A DNA stretch of 63,850 nucleotides, filler included, from Atractiella rhizophila (GCA_021432655.1; 9 parts of 9 records of this genome joined end to end with filler, not necessarily neighbours in it); one strand, 5' to 3'. Shown: positions 23,896-36,986, numbered from the whole stretch's first letter. Program-made: numbers and translations. The notes: generated by a model not told the origin, from the letters alone.

Positions 23896-26450
23896 TTAGG
23901 CTTTCCCTTCGTCAATCTCTTTCTTCAGTATTCTCATGGCTAGAAATTTGCTATAAAATCGAGAAAAAGCAAGGTTTCCACTAAATTCACAAAAATTAGC
24001 CAGTTTCTCAGCTCAAGGTTCACTTACTACGCATAGTAGAAACCCTCATGACACCATTCCCGCCAGACGCTCATGAGTTCCCAATGATCGTCCACTCCCC
24101 AAACTGTAGTCACCTCAGCCTATAAGTCACGATGAAGTTGAAAGGCTTACCTGGGAGAAGAGAACTTCTGACCTCTTTTTGCTTCAGTAATGGGATTACA
24201 CCAGCCCTTCCATCACCATATCCAGTAGCCCTATAGCAAAACTATCAATCGATGGATTTTCCGTGAGTTCTGGACAGCGCACCAAATCACAGCGTCGCAT
24301 TTTATCTCCGTCTGCTCTTTGTCGTTTAGGACGATACCGTCCGCCACAAACCTCTCGATCTCAACACCGGAGTGGAGAGAAATTTGGCGATCGATAATGA
24401 GTTGGGAGCAGCCAGCTTCAAGGTAGTACCCTCCTCCACGGTGGTAAAGGTCTTGGAGACAGGTTATCGATCAAATACTTCAAAAGATGGTGGCAAGAGA
24501 CCTACACCAGAGCATAGAGTAGTGCATCTCTAGCTGAAAGCCCACATTCCTCAGGTTTTGGAGAAGCTCCCTATTGCGCGTGAGCAGTGAAGCAGTAGAA
24601 ACAGGAGAGCGGCCGTACTTGTCATTCTCCGCCATTACTCGAACAGTCCGTTCGCCAATGAGTTTCGTGACGGGTAATGGAAACGAGAACGCTAGTCTGT
24701 CAGCGATCTCTGGCGCCGGTCCGTCTTCTTGGTAGAATCCTAGATGTATCCAGCATAACCTTTGTCATCGTGCGGTTCATAGAGAATATAGGATGCTGAC
24801 GCAAAAGAAGTTTAGCGTTCCTGTCCTTGTCAAGAACATAGGTGCCGCTCCGCTGAAGCATCGTCACTTTAGCTCCACCATGGTATAGTTCCTGACAGCA
24901 ATCATGGCCACTTGTCCCACTGCCTACGACCACTGTCGATCCTTTTCAGTCCTTTCCGCGCTGCAGAGATTATCAAGAGGGCTTACCAACATGCTTACCC
25001 TGGAATTCGCTTGCGTTTTTGAATTGAGTGGTGTGAAGAACCTTCCCTTTGAAAAAGTCCAACTGTCCTGGTTTTGGCACCGGAATTTTCGGTTGACTCC
25101 CTCCAAATCCAAGAGCAGCAACCTGATATCCGTCCCCTTGAACTTTATATCCCAGCTTCTGAAGAAAGAGGTACTCACAACATGTCTTACGTGCATCTTT
25201 CGTATCCCACTAAACCGACTAGGAGATTCCATTTCTACTTCCCATCGCTCATCCCCAAGTTTAGTGAGTCCAATGACGTTGGATGAAGTCCAGACATTCA
25301 ACTCCATGGCTTCAGCATAATACTCCAGGAAGTTAGCCAACTGTTATTCATGAGTACGAACTCAAAATGTGGTGAATGGTGCTTACCTTCGGCGCGGGAG
25401 AGTATGTAGGCCAACTTTTTGGAAAGGGCATGAAAGGTAAGTGATCATAATGTACGACACCACTGAACGATCCAGCCTCAGACGAAGAAAGGCTGACTAG
25501 TTGTGGCGCACTGAAGTGTAAGACTGGAGTACCTGTTCCTCCAATTGTCCCCGATTCTTTCATTCCCTGAAACAGGTCTCGTTTAGCATCAACTTTATGC
25601 GAAAAGGACTATGCGCACTCTCTAAAACCAAAGCTTCGACGCCTAACACCTTCAGCCTTGCGGCAATTTCAAGGCCAGTATGCCCAGCGCCAATAATGAT
25701 TACTCTTGGATCGCTATTCTCAAACGAAGTTTCCGCCGCCCTTCTCGGTAGGTATTCGCCATGAGCATCTCCATGCTTTCGATTGGGTCCAATGCGCTCC
25801 GGATATCCATGCAATTCTTCTAAAGTCTATCGAACCACATGAACTGGCTTGTCACTCTCGTGGAAAAGATGAAACGGACCGTGAACAATGTCCACCCTTT
25901 CCATCCTGCATCTGTATTCACGATTCGAAATATCCCTCCACCTTTGCCGATAGAATTGTGGAAGGTGAACCCTGCCTGAATAAAAGATAATGATTTGCTT
26001 TCATCCACTGAAACAGTCTCGTAAGTCGTCTTTAAATCTTTGCTCATCTTGATATTGTTCATTCCGCCGGTTGCGATATATCTTTCCTTCAGCATACTCT
26101 CGATCGCACTATTTCCAACAAAGGTTCTATACACTATTTTTTAGCGGATCGCTCTACCGTTCGTCAGAAGGAGAGATGTACTTGAAGTCCCAGGTCAGAG
26201 CCATGATATCCCTCCAGAAACCATTCTCCTCCAGGAAAGCCTCCTTAGCCTCTGTGAATTTGGCTTGATCCAACGATTGTACGAGATTCGAGATCCAAGA
26301 TTGGGCGACATCTGTTACTATTGCACCAAGGGGAAGGGGTCTGGACTCCGGAAGAGGAGGCACGGCTGCGTCTAAAGACTTTGTGGCGGCAGAAGGAAAG
26401 GGCCTTCTGGGCGAATTAGCTGGGCTTCGATTGTGAGTTGGTACTCACAT
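23896..26450 (-). CDS. Flavin-containing monooxygenase (FMO/YUCCA-like fungal type with N-terminal extension), multi-exon
   Basis: FAD site VIIIGAGHTGLEIAARL; YDHLPFMPFPKSWPTYSP; NADPH site VVVGSGTSGHD...VTMLQRSGTYV; GGGYYLEAG; ATGY; C-terminal GNLAFSRFYSKFLAMRI then TAA at 23898-23896. Confidence 0.9.
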
Positions 26451-27968
26451 CTTAAATAGCCGTTCGTGAATGTGTAAAAGAGAGCCTCAGTTGGATTTTG
26501 GGCCTTTGAAACTACATGAGATATAGCTGAGGAAACGTACATAGCCTCCTTCGGGACAGCTCCGTTGTCGAGGCATCACTTCGGCCGCCTAAATTGAGAT
26601 GATAACGACAAGTCCGCTGCTTAGACCAGTGAAGGTCAGGGGGAGGGCGGAAGTACGTCCACAAACACGGACTTGAGGCTTCGGCGGGGTGTGAGAACGG
26701 GTTTCTGGGCTCTTCAGCTCCTCAGGAAAACCACATAGTGTTGTGCAAGCAAGGCGTGTACAGTCTGTATAAGATCTGTCGTAAATCTCAATTCTTGTCT
26801 CTAGCCCGAGCAACAAATAAAATAAACCGACCATCCATCAGCAACAAGAGTTTGGTCAACAATTCGGCGTTGTCGTCGACAGTGGATCTTCAACTGATCT
26901 GCTTCGCTTCAATAAACCACGTCGCAGGAGCAGAATCATCAAGCGTGGTGGGAATGGGCAGAATGCATGTTTGGATATCTTGCACTGCCATGATAGCACC
27001 GTAAGGGTGAGATTGCCATCCTGATTCTGGATTTTGTGAAACTTGAAAGCGTTGGATGCTGCAATACCTTTGTTGCCAAAGTTCAGGAGCCCGCCCTCTC
27101 TCGCAGAGCAGGTTCCAGACTCAGGAAGACACAGACATGTCATAAGAATTTCACGATTGCGCGAAGAAATATATAACCAGACAACTTAGATGGAGCCTCT
27201 GAGGTTCACAACATTGTTCTGCCATAGGTTATACACAAAGCGCGCACTTGGAGGAAATTATTGAATTATTTGAAGTTCAAACTCACTTCTTTGAGGCTGG
27301 CTGTAAAGGAATGGTGTGAGTACACACCTCTAACATTCCTACTTTATACTTTAATGTCACTCCACACAACTCTCTTTCCTATCTCTAACACAGACTTTGC
27401 CCAACATCCGGGCTCTTACTGTCAACTCAAGACCGCTAGGTCAATGGGTTTCCACACTGTCCTGTCAAATATCGAATCGAATTCTATCACACCTGTCGTC
27501 CCTATCGCTCATCGTCTTGCCATAGCTTGATAAGCCTCGGAGCGTGGAATCCTGAGTCGAATCGTGAAGTCGGATCTTAAAGGTGTCGAACTTACGCTGC
27601 TCTCGGAGCCGGGTGGTATGTGTAAGATTCGACTTCGGTGTGCGTCCCTACAAATTCTCCAACAAATTGAGTTCACCAACAACACCCACTCCCTGTCGTC
27701 TCACCACCTCCCTCACCACCTTTCCCGCGACGCTGTCCCCATCCTGCGATAGCTGGTATTCGGCTCACCGAAATTGCGGATCAGCAACTCCACCTTCCGG
27801 GAGGACACGCTGCGAGAAACTACGGCCGAGGTGTCTGCAGCTCCTCAGCGCTCAACCAGTCATTGGAGACCAGCTTTCGACTGTTCGATAGTAGAAACGC
27901 GGCGCGATTACTCAGTCTTTTCGGAGAGACAACGTTGCACACGGTGCATTGCTGCGAAGACGTGAAGG

Positions 27969-29904
27969 ATGTCGATGAGAAAATGGATGAATCTGGGGGA
28001 CAAGGAGAAGGAACCTGCAAAGCCGAGCACTCCTGAGGCGGTGGAAGAGATCACAGAGAGGTATCTGGGGATGGAAAATGTAAGTACACTCTACAAGCTC
28101 TTGCTTCTAGTTGTGGGAAAGACGATCCGTCGTGGGATGTGCGGCGGAAGTTTCGCCGGAGCTCTGGCTTGAGCCTCGAGCTGCTCGAAGCCGGGTATGA
28201 GCTACTCCTGTCACTCTTAGGCGTTATCAAATTGATTGGAACGTTTCGTTTTCATTCCTATCACTTCTGCGAGCTCACACGCAAGGTGACTGTTATGTCA
28301 AGCTGCAAGCTCGATTCACAGCTCTTCCTTTGGATCCCAAGCATTCGCTCCAACCCGCGCCGAGAGTCGATGACATTGGGTCCACTCCCTTTCTTTCTCA
28401 TGTGTTTCGTTGTTTTGTATATTTCAAATGGCGGAATGCCATGCTATGTTCGGTGCAAGAGTGCGTGGGGAAGACGTGCTCGATTTTGCTTGGAGGCGCA
28501 GGTGAAAGAGGTCGTGAGACCTCGAAAGTCTGCGTTTGCATTCTCCGTAACTGTCCTCAGCCTGGACGATCCGGGAAGGCAAATACCCCACATATTTCTC
28601 CTCTTTCCTACACTTCATCTGGTTAATTAACGGCCCACTGATCCGCCTCACCTATTTTTCGGGATGAACAGTTCGGTAATACATGCTACGCCAACTCCGT
28701 CCTCCAAGCCCTCTACTTCTGCCGTCCCTTTCGAGAACAAGTCGAACTCTTCAACTTGCAGAACCAGAATGAGAAGACTTCTACCTCATCTGCACCGTCC
28801 AGTCCACCGTCCAGCGCACCCCACAGCATCTCTGTCCCTCCCGCTCAACTCAGCCCAGGACCGACAGACGAAAAGGAGAAGGAGAAAGTTCCGAAATCAC
28901 CGTTGAGGAATGGCATGACTAGGGGACGCAGCACTTGGGGATTGGGACATAAGCGCCTCTCATCTGGTGGAGCAAATGGCTCCGCACCCCCAGAGAAAGA
29001 GGGAGAGAAAGCACAGGAAGCGTCGACATCGGAGAAGACGCTAGATGAGACCAAGACGAATTCTTCCGCCTCTTCCAATACCAACCCCAACAACACGCCC
29101 AAAAGCACTTCCAACCCCACGATCCCGAGCGCGGCACAGACGCAGGAGAAGATGGAGGGCGAGCTTAGTGAGGATAGCACCATCTTGACGACGTTGAGAG
29201 AACTCTTCGTCGAGATTAGTCAGTATCCAAAAGCTACGGGAGCTGTCGCGCCGAAGGACTTTATTGCGTGTTTGAGGAAGGAGAACGAGCTGTTTAGATC
29301 AACGATGCACCAAGACGCGCACGGTGCGTCTTTTCACTCCCCGACCTCGACCTTTACTGAATCAGATGGATTAGAGTTTTTAAATTATTTGCTTAATACC
29401 GTTGCGGAAGAGGTCGAGAAGCACGAGGTGGAGAAGAAGAGGGAAGAGGAGGCTCAACACAGATTGAAAAACGTGGACGTCGATGCGGTAGCTGACGTCG
29501 AATCCTTCAAGCGGCCAAAGAGGCGGAAAACTTTGATCCAAGAACCAGCGGCGAAGACATGGGTCCATTCCCTCTTCGAAGGGGTGCTCACGAACGAGAC
29601 GCGCTGTCTTACCTGCGAAACAGTCACGTCACGAGATGAATCTTTCCTCGACCTCTCAATCGACATTGAGCAGAATTCGTCTATCACTAGCTGTCTGAGA
29701 CAGTTCAGTAGGTCAGAAATGTTGTTCCAAAAGAACAAGTATGATTGCGACCAATGCTGTGGTCTGCAAGAGGCAGAGAAACGGTTTGTTTTCCTTGGTT
29801 TCTCCTGTGCCTTTGGCTGTGCTTATGCGAGATTCTGTGCCCAGTATGAAGATCAAAAAGCTTCCGAATGTCCTCGCCCTCCATCTCAAGCGGTTCAAAT
29901 ATCA
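27969..29904 (+). CDS. creB: Ubiquitin-specific protease, USP12/46 (CreB/Ubp9/Ubp13) type, 3'-partial
   Basis: Cys box GMEN|[95 protein letters not shown]. Confidence 0.92.
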
Positions 29905-30004
29905 NNNNNNNNNNNNNNNNNNNNNNNNNNNNNNNNNNNNNNNNNNNNTTAATTAATTAANNNNNNNNNNNNNNNNNNNNNNNNNNNNNNNNNNNNNNNN
30001 NNNN

Positions 30005-30840
30005 AAGATCCAACCACATCCTCGCTCGCATCCCAAACGTCCTCCTCTCCCTTCTTTCAATAAACCTTTCTACGAAAGGCTCATTCCCTCCCTCTCTACG
30101 TTGGAAACACAGGTCTCGCTCTCTTTACGTGTTTTCCCGTTGCATGAAGAAGGTGCGATAGCGACTTTACAGAAGTGGTTGAACGATCCTAGGGTGGATG
30201 AGTTTTGGGGAGATTGGAGGGAGGATGAAGAGGCGAGGAGGAAGTGGTTGCTTGAGCGATTTGAGGGTGGGGGAGGGAGGACGATACCTAGTTTGGGGGA
30301 GTGGAAGGTTGGAGGAGTTGTTCCGGACGAGGAACAGGAAGGGAAGAAAGACGTGAAGGATAGGATGACTACCCAAGGGTGGTTCAGTTACTGTGCGTCT
30401 GCATCTTCTCCTTAGGGAAGAAAAAGGAAAATACTTACGCTTTCTTCGTGGAACTTGCAGTCGAAATTTATTGGGCTTTCGAAGACAAGTTGGCGCATTA
30501 TCTCTCCCTCCCTCCCTCTCATCTCCCTATCTCTTACACTCCGCACCCGTACGATCGAGGCCTGCACTTCCTTGTCGGCTCTTCTCTCTCCACCCAACGT
30601 GGTCCTCATCGTGTGAAAGCCTGGTTGACCAGCCTGTGTCATTACGTCTTCATGGCCGACTCTCGAACTGAGAGAGTCGTCTGCGATCCGGATCACAGGA
30701 ATGCGAAGATGATTCGGTACCTTGAGGATGTCGGATTCGAAAGTAAAGGCTTGTTGAGGATGGGAGAGGGGGAGGAGGCGAAGGTGGCAAATGTGGTCGT
30801 GTTGGAGAGAGAGAAGTTTTGGAGGGTAGCTCAATTTTGA
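30005..30840 (+). CDS. Siderophore N-hydroxyornithine acyltransferase (IucB/SidF/SidL-like GNAT), 5'-partial
   Basis: HPKRPPLP...FYERLIP; KWLNDPRVDEFW; EIYWAFED; YDRGLHFLVG...RGPHRVKAWLTSLCHYVFMADSRTERVVCDP. Confidence 0.85.
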
Positions 30841-30956
30841 ACATGAAGAAAGATAGAGGGATAACCAAGCGTTCAGAGGTGTAAAACGTGCAGTCTGCCC
30901 AATACCGAACAGAAATACTAAATATTGGATGTCAACAAAACAATGATAACTCACTA

Positions 30957-31643
30957 CTATACACTCCAATCTCTGATCTCGTAACCACTCTTCCTCCACT
31001 CTAAAGGACGCGAATCTCTCACCTCCTCACCATTCCAAAGGACCACAGGACCCTCAACAACGTTCCCATCCCTCCCTATCTTCCTCCTCCACTCCGTACT
31101 AAACTTTTCTCCCAATACGCCACGCGCCGCATCGTTCCACAAGAGTGTTTCGCACCTCACTTGTTGCTCCACTCCTTCCAATGCACCCGTGTTCGACGCG
31201 TTTGACGCGTTTGATGCGGAGGAAAGAAGGAAGGAGAGGATGGCAGAGTCATCGACTTGAACGAGCATGAGAGGGACGCGACTTCCGCTCCAATACCTCA
31301 TCGCTTCCTTCGTAAAGCCTCTGCTAGCACACAACACGCCCAACACTCCTTCCTTCTCTCCTCCCACAGCTCCATCCACCTCTCCATTCTCGCCACCGAC
31401 CAGATGAGAGCGAAGAACGGTACCTTCAAGCTCTCTGAATACCCTGGGGGCGACTTTGGACTTGAGGCTCCACTTGCACTGGCCTATGACCCTCAGTCGT
31501 CTGTCAGGGAGACACCACCAGCCCCTGAGGTCGATGCCGCGGTCGTTCGCCTGTCCAACTTGGCGGAGGGACATGTGCAAGGTGCGAGTGAGGAAAGCAT
31601 GGGACAGAGACTCGAAATGGGTCCCAAGGGCCACAGTGGACAT
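30957..31643 (-). CDS. RRG7: Rrg7/DUF2034 restriction-endonuclease-like protein
   Basis: STVALGTHFE...GQANDRGIDLRGWW...RVIGQCK...APRVFRELEG (PD-(D/E)xK-like DUF2034 motifs). Intronless 228-aa ORF. Confidence 0.8.
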   Translation of the reverse strand: MSTVALGTHFESLSHAFLTRTLHMSLRQVGQANDRGIDLRGWWCLPDRRLRVIGQCKWSLKSKVAPRVFRELEGTVLRSHLVGGENGEVDGAVGGEKEGVLGVLCASRGFTKEAMRYWSGSRVPLMLVQVDDSAILSFLLSSASNASNASNTGALEGVEQQVRCETLLWNDAARGVLGEKFSTEWRRKIGRDGNVVEGPVVLWNGEEVRDSRPLEWRKSGYEIRDWSV

Positions 31644-31775
31644 GGGTGATCTTTAGTTGTTTTCTTAGTCCTTTCAGCTGAACTGTGGTGAGGACCGACC
31701 CACAAGTAATTTTGGAATGAAAAGTCAACGTCCTGTTCAGGCAACTTCCCAAATCGATTATTCCCAACCAGGAAA

Positions 31776-33321
31776 ATGTCGACATCAGCCACCAACAACG
31801 CAGCCAATGCGACTGCTCAGCTAGAGTCTGAGGGATTGGTCTTTAGCCATGTTAATCCTATGGACGGGGATGTGGAGGAGGAAGGGAAGCCAGGGAAGGA
31901 ACCACCCAGCAGGAGGAGGATCGATATTGGTATGTTTCTCTTGAATGTGTCTCTGTCAAAGCTAGGTGGGAAGAAGATAGGGCTGATATTTACTCTGGTG
32001 TGCGTGTGAAGAGTATGTACAGGATAGGTCGAGGAGACACATCACGTTCTCGAAACGCAAAGCTGGGATCATGAAGAAAGCATTCGAACTATCCGTCCTC
32101 ACGGGGACCCAAGTTCTTCTCCTCATCGTATCGGAGAGCGGCCTGGTGTACACGTACTCGACTGAGAAACTACAACCTATCGTGGTCGAGAAAGAGGGGA
32201 AAGAGTTGATCCAGGTACGCCTCCTTGTTCCTTTTCCATCCCCTTGTGTTTCTACGCTTCCTATAGCCTAGCTAACACCGTTCTCATTCGTGTTGGATGG
32301 AAACAGAGATGTCTAACGGCTCCAAACCCAGAAGAACCAACCGAAAGCTGGCCACCCGCTCCCGTGGACCCATCTACACTCCCTCTCCCATCTGCTGCAC
32401 AGACCTCCCAATCCCAAGTGCCACCGACGAGAGGAGGGAAGAAGGACGCGTTCCTTCGACACTACAACCCGCCATCGAACCTCTCGGGTAATTATCCTAG
32501 GAACTATGGGAGCGAGACTATCGATCCGAGGAATCGAGTGCCCGGTAGCACTGGAGGCCAGATTGATCCCAGGAATTTTGTGCCGCCGGACCAGATGCAG
32601 TTGCATTCTCTTCCAGGCGTTGGCGTTGGCATTGGAGGATTGGTAGGTGAGATGGACGATGGTGGTGAAGACGGAGATGGAGGACACGTGGGAGGGATGG
32701 AGGGATTGGAGGGGGAGGGAGACATTCCGGTCGTGGTTGGAGGGAGTGCTGATGGAGTGGGAGGGATGGGAGGAGAAGTGCCGGACGTGAACGTGATCCA
32801 GCGAGCACTTCAAACTCAGACTCAGATGCATACTCAAGGTCGTCGTCCTCCACCACCGAAGGCGAATCAAGTCCGACCTCGACAAACTCAGCCCCAGACG
32901 CAAGCTGCCCATGCCAGTAGCATGGCCGCTTCAATCGATCCTTCCCTCCAAAATATCTCCCTTCCGTACCCTCAACAGCATCAACAGCCAATGACAACAA
33001 CGACTCAGCAGCAACAGACCGCGCCGAGGAAACCCGGAAGACCTCGAAAGAACGCGGCGCCACTCCATCCCGCTGAATCCGTCGTGGACTTTGACGTCGG
33101 TCTCGCTTCCTCTGGACTCGAAGGTAATGCTGGGGGGAGGTGGGGGTGGAAGTGGTGGAGGGAAGAGGAAGATGGACGGTCTGGGATTCGAGGATGGAGA
33201 TGTGGATGGAAGTGTGCAGGGGAGGGAGAAGAGACAGAGAGAGGAGCTGATTGACAGCTTGCAGCCGGGTGGCTTGACGCCTCAAGGGTTCGGTGGACTG
33301 GAAGGCATGGAGCAACAGTGA
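31776..33321 (+). CDS. MCM1: SRF-type MADS-box transcription factor, multi-exon, probable 1-nt frameshift in G run 33132-33137
   Basis: RRRIDI|EYVQDRSRRHITFSKRKAGIMKKAFELSVLTGTQVLLLIVSESGLVYTYSTEKLQPIV...GKELIQ|RCL; Q/P/G-rich tail. Confidence 0.92.
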
Positions 33322-34197
33322 TTGTTTTCCCGTCCATTCCGTCTTTTCTCCTTCCCGACCCGACCTCAGACTCGGGATGTTGATCTACCATCTGCTGGTT
33401 CTTAATTTGGGAAGAAAGTTGTGCTTTTTTTTTAAGCTTTGTATCTTTTCGCTCAGTGTGTGCCAAGCTGTCTGGAATGAATGCTTAACCGATGTTACGG
33501 AGGATTTTGCGGTATGGGTCAAGGAAAGTTTGTGGGGATACAGAAGTCCGATGAGGTGAGGTGACAAAATCGATAAGGATTGAAGGGAATAGAGCGTGTC
33601 CTTGTCATGTTTGGTCTGCGCATGGTCGGAGTGGATAACTGAAGCACAGGCAGTGCAGTCTCCCCATTCCGTTCCAAGAAAACCAACACTCTCCTCTCCT
33701 CCGCCTCGCTCTTTTGCTTGCTTTTGCTAACACTTTCTGCCTCGAAAGCACCCAAGGCCCAGTCGACTGAGGCGCCTTATAAATAAAAGCCAAGAGAAAG
33801 GATGGATCGGCAGCCCTTCGACGGCGACCGTGACGGATATTACGGGGGATACCATGAACATCAACACCTTTATTCTCGACCGGGAGACCGTCTCTCCCAC
33901 TTCCCTGCCTTCCAATTCGCCACTCACAAACCTCGTACACAACGTCCGAAACTCGCAACAGCTCCAACCATCGCCCTCCTCAAATCCGCTGCCTTACTCT
34001 TCTTATCCTTCCACGTCCACTGCTCCTGCCTTTCACCTTCCTGTACGAGAATCCCTGCCTCCGTTCCACCAGTATGTCCCCTTCGGGATCAAAATTCAGC
34101 TTCGGATTCATCGAGAGATGCNNNNNNNNNNNNNNNNNNNNNNNNNCCTTCGGGATCAAATTCAGCTTCGGATTCATCGAGAGATGCAACCCCAATC

Positions 34198-36986
34198 ATG
34201 TCCCAGCTCAACGCGCCGCCAGTATTCAACTGGACGCAGACACCTCGAGCAGAAGAGGAGTCGATGGGCTATCGCTCCACTGACGCTCTCCTCAGTGCGG
34301 ACGAGGTGTCGAACCTGCACAATTCAAAGTCAGAAAAGAGCTCGTTCGCTCCCACTCCTCCGTTGAGCGGCCAGACGAGTCGGAGCGGGGACGAGTATCC
34401 TGATACCTATCCGACGTACGATGGGCCGTCTACTTCTTTGCTTGTGCAGGAGGAGGAGAAGAAACGTCCAAATCATATACAGCGAACTCTCAGTAGGGCT
34501 CATGCGCCGTTGAAAGGCATGTTGTTCCCCAAGGGAAGAGCACGGTGGTCGTATGGTGTGGTACAGGAGGAGGAGGAGGAAGAACACGAGGCGGATAGAC
34601 GGACCGAACATGAGGAGGGTGATGACAGGGATGACGCTTCGACTCTGCTGTTGCACCAGTCGAGCGTGCAGAAGACGAAGAAGTGGACAGAGGATAATGT
34701 AGCCAGGATCAAGACTGGTTTAAAGAGCGGACTGGAGAATAGACACATAGTCATGATGGTCCGTCCTTCCTCCCCTCTTTCCTTTTTTGCTCATTAAGTG
34801 CTGGAAACGTGGAACAGGCCATAGGTGGTGTAATAGGCACAGGTCTCTTCCTCGGCAGCGCCGTCTCCCTCCAAACCGGCGGCCCACTTGGGATCCTTCT
34901 CGCATACACGATATTAGGGACGGTACTTTACTGCCAAATGATATCAATGGGCGAAATGATTTCCCATCTGCCAGTTGTCGGGGGCCAAATATCTCTGGCG
35001 GCGCGATTCGGCGACCCAGCCTTCTCCTTTGCCCTAGGATGGGCCTATTGCTTCACATACCTCTTCCTCTTACCCGCTGAACTGTCCGCCGCCGCCGTGC
35101 TTGTTGGTTATTGGAATAAAACGATCTCGAATGCAGTATGGGTCACCATCTTCTTGACCGTAGTTTCCATCATCAATGGTTTCGGAGCTCGTTCGTATGG
35201 AGAGCTCGAGTTTTGGTTCAGCGTGAGTTGGCTCATCCGATCTTAAAACCAAGTGGCTGATGGGGTACTTAGTCAATAAAAGTAATTACCATTATAGGGT
35301 ACTTCATTCCCTTTCTCTTTACTTTGTTTCTGATGGGAGGGACAGCCTTATAATAGTCGGGATAATCATCAGTGCTGGAGGTGGACCGACTGGAGAGACA
35401 ATTGGCTTCAAATACTGGCGTTCGTTTCTCTTTCCCTCCTCCCCGTCCCTGACGAACCTTTGGTCGAAACAGGCGACCCCGGCCCCTTCGTCCAAGTACT
35501 CGGCATCCCAGGTGCTCTCGGTCGATTCCTAGGATTCTGGAGTGTCCTCATCCAAGCTACATTCGCCTTCATTGGCGCAGAAATCATTGGAATCGCTGCT
35601 GCAGAGGCAAAGGTCCGTATAGTAGCGACTGTACACGAACTTTTTGAGAGCTGATGATGAACCGCTATGAGTAGAATCCGAGAAAGTCAATCCCGGCCGC
35701 GATTAAGAGCGTTTTTTATCGAGTTCTCATCTTCTATATCGTCGGGGTCTTCATCATTGGCATACTTGTCTCTTCGAAAGATCCAAGGCTCAATAATGCC
35801 AGAGCTTCTTTGCAGAAGACAGCTGAGGTATCGCCTTTCGTCATTGCAATAGAGAAGGTACGACCAACTCTTCATTTTCGATTCCCTTGCAGTCTAACGA
35901 CTCGACGTGCTGTAGGCGGGAATCAAATCGCTTCCTGGAGTCATAAATGCCGCCATTCTGACCTCCGCCCTCAGGTCAGTATCTCACCATTCTGCCTTCT
36001 TGAGAAAATAAGAGTGTTGATCCATCGGCACAGTTGTGCGAGTTCCAACATGTTTGTGTCGTCCCGAGTGCTCTTTGGCATGTCAATAACGGGTATATCT
36101 GTTACCTCTATCTCTCATACGGCGAAGGTACTGATGACTTGCGTTTACAGGAACCGCCCCAAAGTTCTTCCTGTCCACTACTTCTTACGGTCTGCCTTGG
36201 AAGACGTGGATAGTATCGATCCTGTTCGGATTGCTGGCGTACACATCCGCAGGCTCTCAGTCAGCAGCTGAGGTTGGTTTGTTTTGCATCGGGATACAAG
36301 AGGATGCTAACCAGGAGTAGACTTTCGGCTACTTCACGACTCTTTCTTCGATAGGCTGGCTTATCTCTTGGGGCGGCATCTGTGTCACGTATCTGCGGTA
36401 CGCTGTCAAACCTTTCGGCAAATGAGATCTCAAATGACAGATATTCTCGCTAGTTGGTACTATGGATGCAAAGCCCAAGGAATCGATCGTCGACGCTTCC
36501 CCTTCTACGCTCCGTTCCAACCTTATGCCGCTTGGTGGGCAATCAGTAAGCCTCTTCTTTAACTATCCTAACTTGCCGTTGATTTGGCTGCCTCGACTTA
36601 GTGTGGGTCGTCCTCATCTTGATTTTCTCCGGCTGGCGAGTTTTTCTGAAGGGGCACTTCAAGACCTGTCAGTGGTTCCTTGTCAGGACGTTTAATGCTG
36701 AATCCAGGCTTCAAGCGACATTCATAACCTCTTACGCTCCCATAATTCTTTTTACGCTCCTCTACGTTGGTTACAAGGTTCGATTCAAGACTCGTTGGGT
36801 GAGAGCAGAGGATATGGATTGTACGCTCGTTTCCTTTTTCTCCTGATAGAATTCGAGGACAAACGAAATCTTTGGGTTGCAGTCAATACAGGTGCAGCGG
36901 AAGTCATCGTGAAAGAGAAAAAGCCAATAGGGTCGAAGGAACCCTGGTATATGATGCTGGCTCCTCTGAGGAGAGTGCTTTTCTAG
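34198..36986 (+). CDS. Amino-acid permease (APC/YAT family), multi-exon
   Basis: LENRHIVMM|AIGGVIGTGLFLGS...GGPLG; MISMGEM; YGELEFWF; IGFKYW; QATFAFIGAEIIGIAAAEA; FPFYAPFQPYAAW. Start codon uncertain. Confidence 0.92.

Noticed and set aside
4341..30840. Possible biosynthetic cluster linking the KEP with the FMO, acyltransferase or transporter genes
   Set aside because: These genes are on different concatenated contigs, so no physical linkage can be inferred.
33132..33137. Possible programmed frameshift in MCM1
   Set aside because: One extra G in a G6 run explains it, and the assembly shows homopolymer disagreement elsewhere, so sequencing error is more likely.
34078..34187. About 42-bp direct repeat around a 25-N gap upstream of the permease
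   Set aside because: Unmerged scaffold overlap; the copies differ only in a homopolymer (AAAA vs AAA). The ORFs spanning it are unreliable.
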